Shown piece by piece: positions 8,925-16,836 of a DNA stretch of 64,000 nucleotides. Source of the DNA: a virus; IMG/VR virus record IMGVR_UViG_3300045988_103857; one strand, written 5' to 3'. A program made the translations under genes and the position numbers. Numbering within the stretch: the first letter of the stretch is position 1; every line of letters starts with the position of its first letter. The notes beneath the pieces were generated by a model. It ran no database searches and was not told where the DNA came from. It worked only from the letters and a program-made list of their open reading frames with translations.

Positions 8925-10688
8925 ATGAAAACGCAGAAAACAAAAGGATTTTATGACCGTGAAAATGATACGGTACATATTTTTATCCCACCTGCTCCGA
9001 CAGAATCGGAGAGAGGTGGAATTACTGCAAAAGAAAAAACAACGGAATCTCTTGAGGTTGCAGTTGACCCAGGAACAGGAAAAGCGTATGTGGCGCTGGA
9101 CGCTACTCTTTCCAAAACAGGAGAAGCGGCAGACTCAGCAGAAGTAGGGAAAAAGATTAGTGTCCTAAACGACATTATCTGCGGCACACCACATACAGAT
9201 ACCGTAGAAGAATATCTTAACCGCCAGAAAACAGGCGTGGTGTACCAGTCAAAAGAGTGGAAATCAGCGGTAAATCCGACAACTACGATTGAGAAGTTAG
9301 GCGTAAACAAGCTGATTCCATACGAACCGTCCACAGATACCGTAGAGGGTGCAGACGGATATGCGAACCGTCCAGAATTTCAGTGGTGGTACGGAAATTA
9401 TATCCGCCACGACAATGAAGACTATGAACTGACCGCAATCGAGGGCGAGGATGGATATTCAGAGGCTGACACCGTAGACGTGTGCTCTTTCGGGCCTATG
9501 TTCTATTACCGGAAAGAAAATAAAGGAGATTATTTCCTCTGGTCTTGGTCTGATACACCGCATGAGGAACTGGGATTAAAGCCATTTCAGAAGAATGCTG
9601 ATGGCTCCGTACCTGCTTATTGGCTTCTGTCTGCATTTCCATCTGTAGCCGGTTCTGACGGATTGCCACACTCGCAGCCCGGAAAGAAGATTTTAAGAAA
9701 CCAGAGTTACGGAAATATCCATCAGAATTACCAGAGGAAAGGAGCCGGATACTTAGGATGCGGCAAAGAACGTCAGACTTTCTGTATGATTTTCAATGCG
9801 ATCAAAGGCGGGCAGAAGAGTTCCAGAAAGATTTCACAGGGTGTAAACAACTGGAACTTCCAGCTCGATGCAGCAGAGCAGAGGTCGGAGAAGGCAACTT
9901 ACTTCCCGGTAACAGCAGCACAGGCAGCAAACCTGGAAGTTGGATTATGTGTTTCTGTTGGATATGGTTCTAACAACAATGGTGCAGTAAATAAAGACCG
10001 CGGAGTCGGAACTATGCATTCCTACGCGGACGACGTAAAGATTCTTCGTATTGAAGACCTTGCAAGCGGAAACAAAGCAGTGTATCTGGATATTTCAGAA
10101 GGATTTACTACAGTACCTGTAAAACTTACGGATACCTTAAATGCGCCGATCACAATGTCTTCTATGCACATTCACACTGGCGAGACGAAGAAAGTAATTG
10201 GAAAGCATGACGGTGCAGCTGTATCAAACACATCAGCAAGACATCCATACAGAATTCAGGGTGTCGAATATCAGGTAGGTGCTTATCATGTAGCTGCAAA
10301 TACAGTGATGGTATTCAAAAGTGATTACAGCAAAGATGTATATATCCGTGAAAAAGGAACTGCATGGAGTGATAACGAGAATATTGTCAAGAGTACATAT
10401 AAACTTGTTGGAAACATACCTGCCAGTGCAGATGGCAAAGGAAGTGACTGGTGGGTTGGTGATGTAGAAATTGATGAAGAAACAGGTGCATGGTGGCCAA
10501 TAGCCGCAACCGATTCTTCTGATCGAGGAATGGGAAGCAGAGTTTACGCCGGAGGAACAGCCACATCTGGAACCAGAGAATCACTTGAAGCCGGGCTCCT
10601 CTGGGATGGGGCGTTCTCCGGTTCCGCGTTCGTGGGTTGCTGGGGCGGGCTCTGGAATGACTGGTGGAGCTTCGGCTCCTGCGATTAA
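8925..10688 (+). CDS. DGR target protein: fibre-like protein with C-terminal variable region (putative C-type-lectin fold)
   Basis: Carries the same fibre motif LSKTGEAADSAEVGK near the N-terminus. The last 31 codons constitute the VR, matched by a downstream TR. Confidence 0.8.
   Translation: MKTQKTKGFYDRENDTVHIFIPPAPTESERGGITAKEKTTESLEVAVDPGTGKAYVALDATLSKTGEAADSAEVGKKISVLNDIICGTPHTDTVEEYLNRQKTGVVYQSKEWKSAVNPTTTIEKLGVNKLIPYEPSTDTVEGADGYANRPEFQWWYGNYIRHDNEDYELTAIEGEDGYSEADTVDVCSFGPMFYYRKENKGDYFLWSWSDTPHEELGLKPFQKNADGSVPAYWLLSAFPSVAGSDGLPHSQPGKKILRNQSYGNIHQNYQRKGAGYLGCGKERQTFCMIFNAIKGGQKSSRKISQGVNNWNFQLDAAEQRSEKATYFPVTAAQAANLEVGLCVSVGYGSNNNGAVNKDRGVGTMHSYADDVKILRIEDLASGNKAVYLDISEGFTTVPVKLTDTLNAPITMSSMHIHTGETKKVIGKHDGAAVSNTSARHPYRIQGVEYQVGAYHVAANTVMVFKSDYSKDVYIREKGTAWSDNENIVKSTYKLVGNIPASADGKGSDWWVGDVEIDEETGAWWPIAATDSSDRGMGSRVYAGGTATSGTRESLEAGLLWDGAFSGSAFVGCWGGLWNDWWSFGSCD
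10589..10681 (+). repeat. DGR variable repeat (VR)
   Basis: Ungapped 93-nt alignment to 10788..10880. There are 16 mismatches, all opposite TR adenines. Confidence 0.9.
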
Positions 10689-10787
10689 AAAGGCCCTTAG
10701 GGGTGAATTTTCCGAAGGAAAAGAGGGGGCTTCCCCTTAATTCCTTCCAAACACATACAAAAATAAAAGCATAAGGACTCATGGTGC

Positions 10788-10880
10788 AGCCGGGAACCTC
10801 AGGAATGGGACGAACTCCGGTTCCGCGTACGTGAATTGCAGGAACGGGCTCTGGAATGACAGGTGGAACTACGGCTCCTG
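10788..10880 (+). repeat. DGR template repeat (TR)
   Basis: Non-coding copy of the VR, rich in AAC/AAT/AGG codons when read in the VR frame. It lies between the target gene and the RT. Confidence 0.9.
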
Positions 10881-11081
10881 ATATTATTTATATCAAAACC
10901 AGTATTATTTGCATCATGTTTCACACCTGAAAAGGGTGTAGCCGAAAGGTTCTTTACGCATAAGCGTTAAAATAAGCAAGAAAGGCCAGCTGAAAGCCGG
11001 GGACGGCAAGTAAGGAATACAGTGTATGAGACTGTATTCGGGGCTAGTAGAAAAACCGGAAACCCTCTTTAAAATAATCGA

Positions 11082-12257
11082 ATGAAAAGATATTGCAAGG
11101 CCATTGATATAACAGACCGCGGATTAATCAGCACAGCGGTATATAAATGTCTGAAGAAAAAGTACAAAAGAAATGATGTACTGAGATTACTTAGTACATA
11201 TACGACTTTGGATGTTAATCAAATTTAATGCATTTTCAGAAGAAACGGAAAGAATGCCATTCGTTTTCTGGTGGAAGCAGTGATTGATGATATCCAGAAT
11301 GAAATCATTAACTGGGACATTAAATTCCCTCCGGTATGGTACCGGGAAAAAGTAGACCCATCGTCCGGGAAAATCCGTAGAATCGGAATCCAGAATATAA
11401 AGCATCAGTTGTATGATTACATAGCAGTTATAGCATTGCAGCCTATTCTGAAACGCATTGGAGAGCATCAGTACGCTTCCATCAAAGGGCGTGGGACTCT
11501 AAAAGGTGCAAGGGACGTAAGAAGATGGTTGAGAAACCATAAGCTCACATTCGTTGCTCAGGCAGACGTAAAGAAATGTTATGAGAGCATAGATAGGGAT
11601 AAGCTTATGCAATTCCTGGAATGCCACATCAAGAACGATCTGCTGATTAAATTGATCAGAAAATTGATTTACAGTTTTGAGAAAGGCCTGAGTATAGGCT
11701 CATATCTTAGCCAGTTTCTCTGCAATCTGTATATGAGCATCCTGTATCATCATGTTGCCGAAGGAATGTACCGTACCAGAAAGCACCGGAATGGATGCAG
11801 TGAGCGGATTAATCTTGTTAAGAAGCAAACGTTTTATATGGATGATACGCTGTTTGCCGGAACAAATAAGAAAGACATCAAGAAAGCAATGAAAATGTTC
11901 ATTAGAAAAGCAAAAGATATGGGGCTGACCATTAAGAACACCTTCCGTATCTACAAAATAACTGGAACATTCGTGGATATGATGGGATACCGGATATATC
12001 AGCATAAAATGACTGTTCGCAGAAGAAACTTCCGTAGAATCAGAAGGGCATATAAAAAGGCCCTAAAATGTTATGAGACACATAAACCAATTCCATTTAA
12101 ACTGGCAAAACGATGTAGTAGTTTCTATGGATTCCTGAAGAATACAAATAGTAAGCACATCCGGAAGAAATGGAAAGTAAAGAAGATTATGAAGATATGT
12201 AAAGGGGTGATAAAACGTGAAGAAAGTAAAATTTACACAGAAACAGCCATTGCTTAA
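11082..12257 (+). CDS. DGR reverse transcriptase; frame interrupted by in-frame TAA at 11226..11228 (uninterrupted ORF from GTG 11271)
   Basis: Contains YMDD (FYMDDTLF), SIGSYLSQ (the [LIV]GxxxSQ signature of DGR RTs) and RT motif 1/2 (GKIRRIGIQ). The N-terminal 48 codons from ATG 11082 are in the same frame. Confidence 0.85.
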
Positions 12258-12588
12258 GACGTTTGATTCCGGAGACGGAATTTATGTATTTATCTGTGCA
12301 AACGAAAAAGAAATCACAGAAGAAATACAGCAAGGAAATATATCAGAAGAATCACAGAGCCACACAGAAACAGTATACGAATATGACTGTAATGAATTTG
12401 TGACATCTGCAGATCGGCTTCCTGATATTGAGCAGAAGCCAAAAAAGTATCTTGACTATGTTCCAGAAACTAAAAAGAGCACAGAACAGCTTCTGGCAGA
12501 ACAGTCAGAACAGATCACAGCGCAGGCAAAACAGATTGAGATGCTAAAAGAGTGCCTGTTAGAAATGAGTGAACAGGTTTATGCGTAG
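12217..12588 (+). CDS. acidic hypothetical protein with C-terminal coiled coil (XkdW-like position after fibre genes)
   Basis: GTG start overlapping the RT 3' end. The C-terminal heptad region is EQLLAEQSEQITAQAKQIEMLKECLLEM. Confidence 0.4.
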   Translation: MKKVKFTQKQPLLKTFDSGDGIYVFICANEKEITEEIQQGNISEESQSHTETVYEYDCNEFVTSADRLPDIEQKPKKYLDYVPETKKSTEQLLAEQSEQITAQAKQIEMLKECLLEMSEQVYA

Positions 12589-12628
12589 GAATTTAATCAT
12601 TATGTTATTAAGCAAAGGAGATAAAGAA

Positions 12629-12775
12629 ATGATGGCAAAATTATGGGTTACAGAAATCTTAAGCAAAGAAACAATTGAAGAAGCAAAAGAAGAATACAAG
12701 AGAACACCGAGACTCCTGAAAGAAAAGGTAAAAAAGCTTCTCGTTGATGCAGGCATGGAGGAAATTACTGAATAA
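12629..12775 (+). CDS. small hypothetical protein (XkdX-like position)
   Basis: AAAGGAG RBS, 48 aa. Confidence 0.4.
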   Translation: MMAKLWVTEILSKETIEEAKEEYKRTPRLLKEKVKKLLVDAGMEEITE

Positions 12776-12931
12776 ATGACGAAGCTTCAGATCATTTCAA
12801 AACTCTGGCCTGTAATCTATGATATGCAATTAGCTACGAAGCCCTGGGAAGAGATAGACAAAGAGCTAGATATTCTGGAGTATAAATGCCGGAAATATGT
12901 GGATACAGACGATTTGGAGGAAATGCCATGA
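12776..12931 (+). CDS. small hypothetical protein
   Basis: 51-aa ORF below the track cutoff, with an ATGA overlap with the next gene. Confidence 0.3.
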   Translation: MTKLQIISKLWPVIYDMQLATKPWEEIDKELDILEYKCRKYVDTDDLEEMP

Positions 12932-13326
12932 GAGGATTAAAACGGCAAAAACAAACAATATACTGGTCCAGAGCAACAGAAGACCTTGACGGGATAGACA
13001 CAATCAAAACGTACCAAAAGCCAGAATTATATCACTTCTCCGTATCTGCGACCGCCGGAACGCCAGAGGAATTATCCGCCGGTTATATCCCGGACTACGA
13101 CAGGTATATCACAAACTTCGACCGCAGCTTCAAGCCACAGACCGCCGATGTATTCTGGATTGATCGCAAGCCGGAACTGACCGGTGCAGGCGAACTTGTT
13201 TTAGGTGAAGACGGAGAGCCTACAGTACCGCCAGATTACCGTCTGAAAAAGATTCTCGATACCCAGAAAGGCAATGTGGCACGATATGGCATCAAGTATA
13301 TAGGAGATGGTTCAGATGGCGAATAA
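12928..13326 (+). CDS. putative head-closure / head-tail joining protein
   Basis: GGAGG RBS at the internal ATG. Its position precedes the HK97 gp10-like gene; similarity was judged by eye only. Confidence 0.4.
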   Translation: MRGLKRQKQTIYWSRATEDLDGIDTIKTYQKPELYHFSVSATAGTPEELSAGYIPDYDRYITNFDRSFKPQTADVFWIDRKPELTGAGELVLGEDGEPTVPPDYRLKKILDTQKGNVARYGIKYIGDGSDGE

Positions 13327-13834
13327 GACTATCAAAATGGAATTGTCGCATAAATCTATACAGGACACAATAAAGCAGCTCAGAGCGTATCAGAAGTCAC
13401 TTGCAAGCAAGAATGAAGAGTTTGTCCGCAGGCTGGTAGAACTTGGAATCCCGGTCATAGATGAAAACATAGCATTGGCACAAGGCGATTCTGACAAAAA
13501 CCATAACACCTATATCAGAATCAATAACTTTGGCGATTATTCTCAGGCGACGCTTGTGTGTGAAGGCTCTGACCTCTTGTTCATTGAGTTCGGGTCTGGC
13601 ATTTACTACAACACTCCTGCAGGAACCAGCCCACATCCTAAGGGGCAAGATTTCGGTTACACAATCGGTTCATACGGACAGGGGAACGGAAAGAATGAAT
13701 CGTGGGTTTATTTTGCCGATTCTGGCGAATGGGTACGCTCTTACGGTACCGAAGCCACCATGCCGGTATATAAGGCAAGCGTAGAAATCATGCAGAGCAT
13801 CAGAAAAATTGCAAAAGAAGTGTTTGCATCATGA
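13316..13834 (+). CDS. HK97 gp10-family neck/tail-joining protein
   Basis: Size, position and the FIEFGSG motif are typical of the HK97 gp10 family. Confidence 0.6.
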   Translation: MANKTIKMELSHKSIQDTIKQLRAYQKSLASKNEEFVRRLVELGIPVIDENIALAQGDSDKNHNTYIRINNFGDYSQATLVCEGSDLLFIEFGSGIYYNTPAGTSPHPKGQDFGYTIGSYGQGNGKNESWVYFADSGEWVRSYGTEATMPVYKASVEIMQSIRKIAKEVFAS

Positions 13835-13895
13835 AAGTTAATACCTGATAATACTGAATAATACCTCTGTCTTTGATATACTATAACATATAAAA

Positions 13896-13924
13896 GCATC
13901 TACCTGAGCGGTGGGTGCTTTTTT
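13896..13924 (+). terminator. rho-independent terminator
   Basis: 9-bp stem GCATCTACC/GGTGGGTGC (two G-U pairs) followed by TTTTTT. Confidence 0.5.
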
Positions 13925-13958
13925 CATGCAAAAAAACATAGAAAAGGAGAATGTAAGC

Positions 13959-14597
13959 ATGTTAGTAGAAACAATGATTATCAAAAAAGTAGAAACGAGC
14001 ATTGTCACAAGCCTAGATGTCGCAGAAACTTTTGAAAAAGAACATAAAAGAGTATTGCAGGACATTAGAAATTTAGGATGCAGTGAAGAATTCGGACAGC
14101 ACAATTTCGTGCTTTCCTCATACACAAGCATCCAGAATAAAAAACAACCTATGTACTGCATGACGAGAGATGGATTTACGCTTCTTGTTATGGGATACAC
14201 TGGCGAAAAAGCCATGAAGTTCAAAGAAGGATACATTCGCCAATTCAATGCAATGGAAAAAGTTCTTTTAGGAAAAATCAGAGAACGAGACAAAGGCATT
14301 GCAGTAAGACAAGCGTTGACCAATGCACTTAAAGAATCTCAAGAAAACGAGAGAATGCACGGTCATGCATATTCGACATACACAGATATGGTATATCGTA
14401 CATTGTTTGGCAAAACTGCAAAACAACTTAGAGAAGAAAAAGAAATTTCTACTAAAGACAATCTAAGAGATTTCCTTACCGAAGAAGAGCTAAAAGCTGT
14501 CCAGTCAAAGGAAATGCTTGTTAGTGGTTTGATTGACTGCGGATGGGGATATTCTCAAATAAGAGATTTCCTTAATACCAGTCTCAGAATATGTTAG
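13959..14597 (+). CDS. Rha-family phage regulatory protein
   Basis: The segment VTSLDVAETFEKEHKRVLQDIRNL...MTRDGFTLLVMGYTGEKAMKFKEGYIRQFNAME matches the Phage_pRha pattern. AAGGAG RBS. Confidence 0.75.
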   Translation: MLVETMIIKKVETSIVTSLDVAETFEKEHKRVLQDIRNLGCSEEFGQHNFVLSSYTSIQNKKQPMYCMTRDGFTLLVMGYTGEKAMKFKEGYIRQFNAMEKVLLGKIRERDKGIAVRQALTNALKESQENERMHGHAYSTYTDMVYRTLFGKTAKQLREEKEISTKDNLRDFLTEEELKAVQSKEMLVSGLIDCGWGYSQIRDFLNTSLRIC

Positions 14598-14617
14598 AAC
14601 AGGCGGTGTGATATAAA

Positions 14618-15025
14618 ATGCCAGACACGATTAACAACCCAGTATCAGAAGTATTTTCTAGGTGGAGCAAAGATATTCAACCAACAGTCGGCAAAGGCAA
14701 TTTTTCCATGGAAAAAAGCCAGACAATAGCATCTGGTAAAACAAAATACGCCAGATTGTTCATGATGGGGAATCCCACGCAGTCAACAAGTCTTGAAGGT
14801 CACGAATGCGCAACAGTTCTTTCATTTCAAACGGAAAGTTACGCATCTGGGACAAAGGCTTTATCGACTGCATACGAAATCGACAGCAAAAGTCATCAGG
14901 CTATGGTTTCGATGGGCTTTCGCCGGACATACGGGCCGGAAGAAGTCGCAAACTCCGAAAAGAGTTTCAAACGAATCATAAGCCGGTACAGCAGAATTTA
15001 CACCGGGCAATTATTGGAAGTGTAA
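14618..15025 (+). CDS. putative tail-terminator / tail-completion protein
   Basis: Called from its position between the neck genes and the major tail gene. No family was recognised with certainty. Confidence 0.35.
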   Translation: MPDTINNPVSEVFSRWSKDIQPTVGKGNFSMEKSQTIASGKTKYARLFMMGNPTQSTSLEGHECATVLSFQTESYASGTKALSTAYEIDSKSHQAMVSMGFRRTYGPEEVANSEKSFKRIISRYSRIYTGQLLEV

Positions 15026-15066
15026 CAGCTTCTATTTTTTATACCAAAAAGAAAGGAGAGTGTCCT

Positions 15067-15279
15067 ATGAGTAAAGATAAATTACAATGGCTGAAAGCTG
15101 CGGGAATCAGAGCTGTTAAGACAATTGCTCAGACAGCAGTTGCGACAATCGGAACCGCAACAGTCCTTGGAAGCGTTGACTGGAAGATGGTCGTATCCGC
15201 GTCCGTTCTTTCCGGCGTTTTATCCTTGCTTACATCTGTAGCAGGGCTTCCAGAACTGAAAACAGGCACAGATGAATAG
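15067..15279 (+). CDS. holin-like protein (r1t-holin-like, two TM segments)
   Basis: AAGGAG RBS. The sequence AVKTIAQTAVATIGTATVLGSVDW...VLSGVLSLLTSVAGLPE matches the pattern of r1t-type holins. Confidence 0.5.
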   Translation: MSKDKLQWLKAAGIRAVKTIAQTAVATIGTATVLGSVDWKMVVSASVLSGVLSLLTSVAGLPELKTGTDE

Positions 15280-15324
15280 AAAGGACGGTGATCCTTTTAT
15301 CTCCCGGATGCAGGGTTACGCATC

Positions 15325-15346
15325 AGAGCCATGTGGCTCTTTTTTA
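15325..15346 (+). terminator. rho-independent terminator
   Basis: AGAGCC-ATGT-GGCTCT followed by TTTTTT. Confidence 0.55.
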
Positions 15347-15384
15347 TTGTGATTTTATAGCTGAAAAGCAGAAAGGAGCCGAAT

Positions 15385-15879
15385 ATGGCAGAAAAAGGAA
15401 ATATAGCAGGCGTAAGTACCGTTGGTTCGCTTACTGGATATGCAGTCGAAACAACAGCAGGTACTAAACCGACAACATTTAAACTTCTTCACAGAATCAA
15501 TGCTTCTGATGAAATCAAAATTGACGTGGAGACAATCGACGCTTCCGCACTTGAAGATGAAGTCGAAAGAACTATTGCAGGACGTGGTTCTACAGGTGGT
15601 ACATTCAACGTAACTGTGAATGTAACTGATGAAACTATCACTGAATGGGAAACCTTAATCAGCGAATATAAAACAGGAAAAACAGATGGAAAATCTATGT
15701 GGTATGAAGAATATTTCCCGTCTCTTAAGAAAGCATTCTTCACAAAAATCGAGCCACCGACAATCATTCCTAAACCGGCGAGAGATCAGAATGGCCTGTT
15801 AACCGTTGAAATGTCTCTTACTATCAATGAATATGTCGGCCCGAGTGAAGCAGTAGTTCCAACTGACAGCGGCCTTTAA
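15385..15879 (+). CDS. major tail protein
   Basis: 164 aa, positioned directly upstream of the chaperone pair and tape measure. Sequence style resembles siphovirus major tail proteins. Confidence 0.65.
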   Translation: MAEKGNIAGVSTVGSLTGYAVETTAGTKPTTFKLLHRINASDEIKIDVETIDASALEDEVERTIAGRGSTGGTFNVTVNVTDETITEWETLISEYKTGKTDGKSMWYEEYFPSLKKAFFTKIEPPTIIPKPARDQNGLLTVEMSLTINEYVGPSEAVVPTDSGL

Positions 15880-15902
15880 ACACATTTGGGAGGACAAATA
15901 AT

Positions 15903-16388
15903 ATGTATAAAGTTTTAAAAATCGGCGGCAAAGACTACAAACTTGAATATGGAATTGAAGCATCACTGTTTGATGATTGTGTGAAATCCGTAATGAATAT
16001 GCTGGTTTCCACAAGCGGTGGAACGGACAGGAGTCTTAAGGAAATGGTTTCTGGAATGAGTAGTATTCCAAATACTGCACTCAATGCGTTCTATGCCGGA
16101 TTACTTCAATATCACGGCAACCATTCTGACGGTGATGGCACTGTCCCGGACTTAGATACCGCCAAAAAACTTGCAACACAGTATATGACCGAACATAAAG
16201 ATGATGAGCAGGGTAACTTCTATGGCCTTTTCGCCATGTGCATTGAACAGATGGAGGAAGATGGTTTTTTCAAGTTAACCGGTCTGGAAACCTTCATGGA
16301 CAACATGAATGCGGCAATGGACTCTGTGAAAGCGAAGAAAGCGCCGAAGAAGCCAACAGATCACCTGAAAAAAGCTACAGTGAAATAA
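15903..16388 (+). CDS. tail assembly chaperone (gpG-like)
   Basis: Sits between the major tail gene and the tape measure, with an acidic C-terminus and a slippery site near its 3' end. Confidence 0.65.
   Translation: MYKVLKIGGKDYKLEYGIEASLFDDCVKSVMNMLVSTSGGTDRSLKEMVSGMSSIPNTALNAFYAGLLQYHGNHSDGDGTVPDLDTAKKLATQYMTEHKDDEQGNFYGLFAMCIEQMEEDGFFKLTGLETFMDNMNAAMDSVKAKKAPKKPTDHLKKATVK
16367..16373 (+). promoter_or_regulatory. -1 programmed frameshift slippery site G_AAA_AAA
   Basis: Zero frame reads CTG AAA AAA GCT. The -1 frame is open from at least 16322 and continues into ORF 16409..16789. Confidence 0.6.
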
Positions 16389-16789
16389 TCTGGGATGAAT
16401 TATATCCAATGGCTGTGCGCATTGGGATGTCAAAAAAAGAATTTCTTAGGAGCACTCTTAAGGACCTGAGAATCCGTATAGAACAATATGGAATCTTAAA
16501 GAACGAAGAAATTCAGTCGCAGTTGATAAACATGGACTATCAGTCGTGGCTGACCGGATTGTACGTGAAAACAAGTGTTTTGTGTACATTGTTCCCGAGA
16601 AAGGTTAGCTATCCGAGCAAACCAATTACGCAGGAAAAACAGAATAATTGGGTTGAACACAATCCAGATATGCCAAAGAAATCAGAAGCAGAACTAAGAC
16701 AAGAAGAACGTTACTACGAACTTCTTATCAGGCAGGCAAATGCAAATATATCTGAAATAGGTAATGAAAAGGGCAAGCAGGATGAATAG
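16370..16789 (+). CDS. gpT-like -1 frame extension of the tail assembly chaperone (G-T fusion product)
   Basis: The ORF is in the -1 frame relative to 15903..16388 and overlaps its 3' end, matching the conserved G/GT arrangement. Confidence 0.6.
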   Translation, partial: KSYSEIIWDELYPMAVRIGMSKKEFLRSTLKDLRIRIEQYGILKNEEIQSQLINMDYQSWLTGLYVKTSVLCTLFPRKVSYPSKPITQEKQNNWVEHNPDMPKKSEAELRQEERYYELLIRQANANISEIGNEKGKQDE

Positions 16790-16836
16790 TAGTCTTGCTT
16801 GCCCTTTATTTTTTTTGAAATAAAGGAGGTGCTTAT

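Noticed and set aside
10387-10782. A 131-aa Arg-rich minus-strand ORF between the DGR target and the TR, considered as a possible Avd.
   Set aside because: It is antisense to the VR and the target 3' end. Its composition is driven by the GC-rich VR complement, it has no helical-bundle character and it has no RBS.
11226-11228. The idea that TAA is recoded (an alternative genetic code), prompted by the in-frame TAA in the RT and another apparent one at about 33740.
   Set aside because: TAA terminates many well-delimited genes here, for example the capsid gene at 834 and the genes ending at 2959, 10688 and 16388. Each is followed at normal spacing by an RBS and the start of the next gene. Global recoding is therefore not supported.
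13838-14323. A 161-aa minus-strand ORF.
   Set aside because: It is antisense to the well-supported Rha-family gene and has no RBS.
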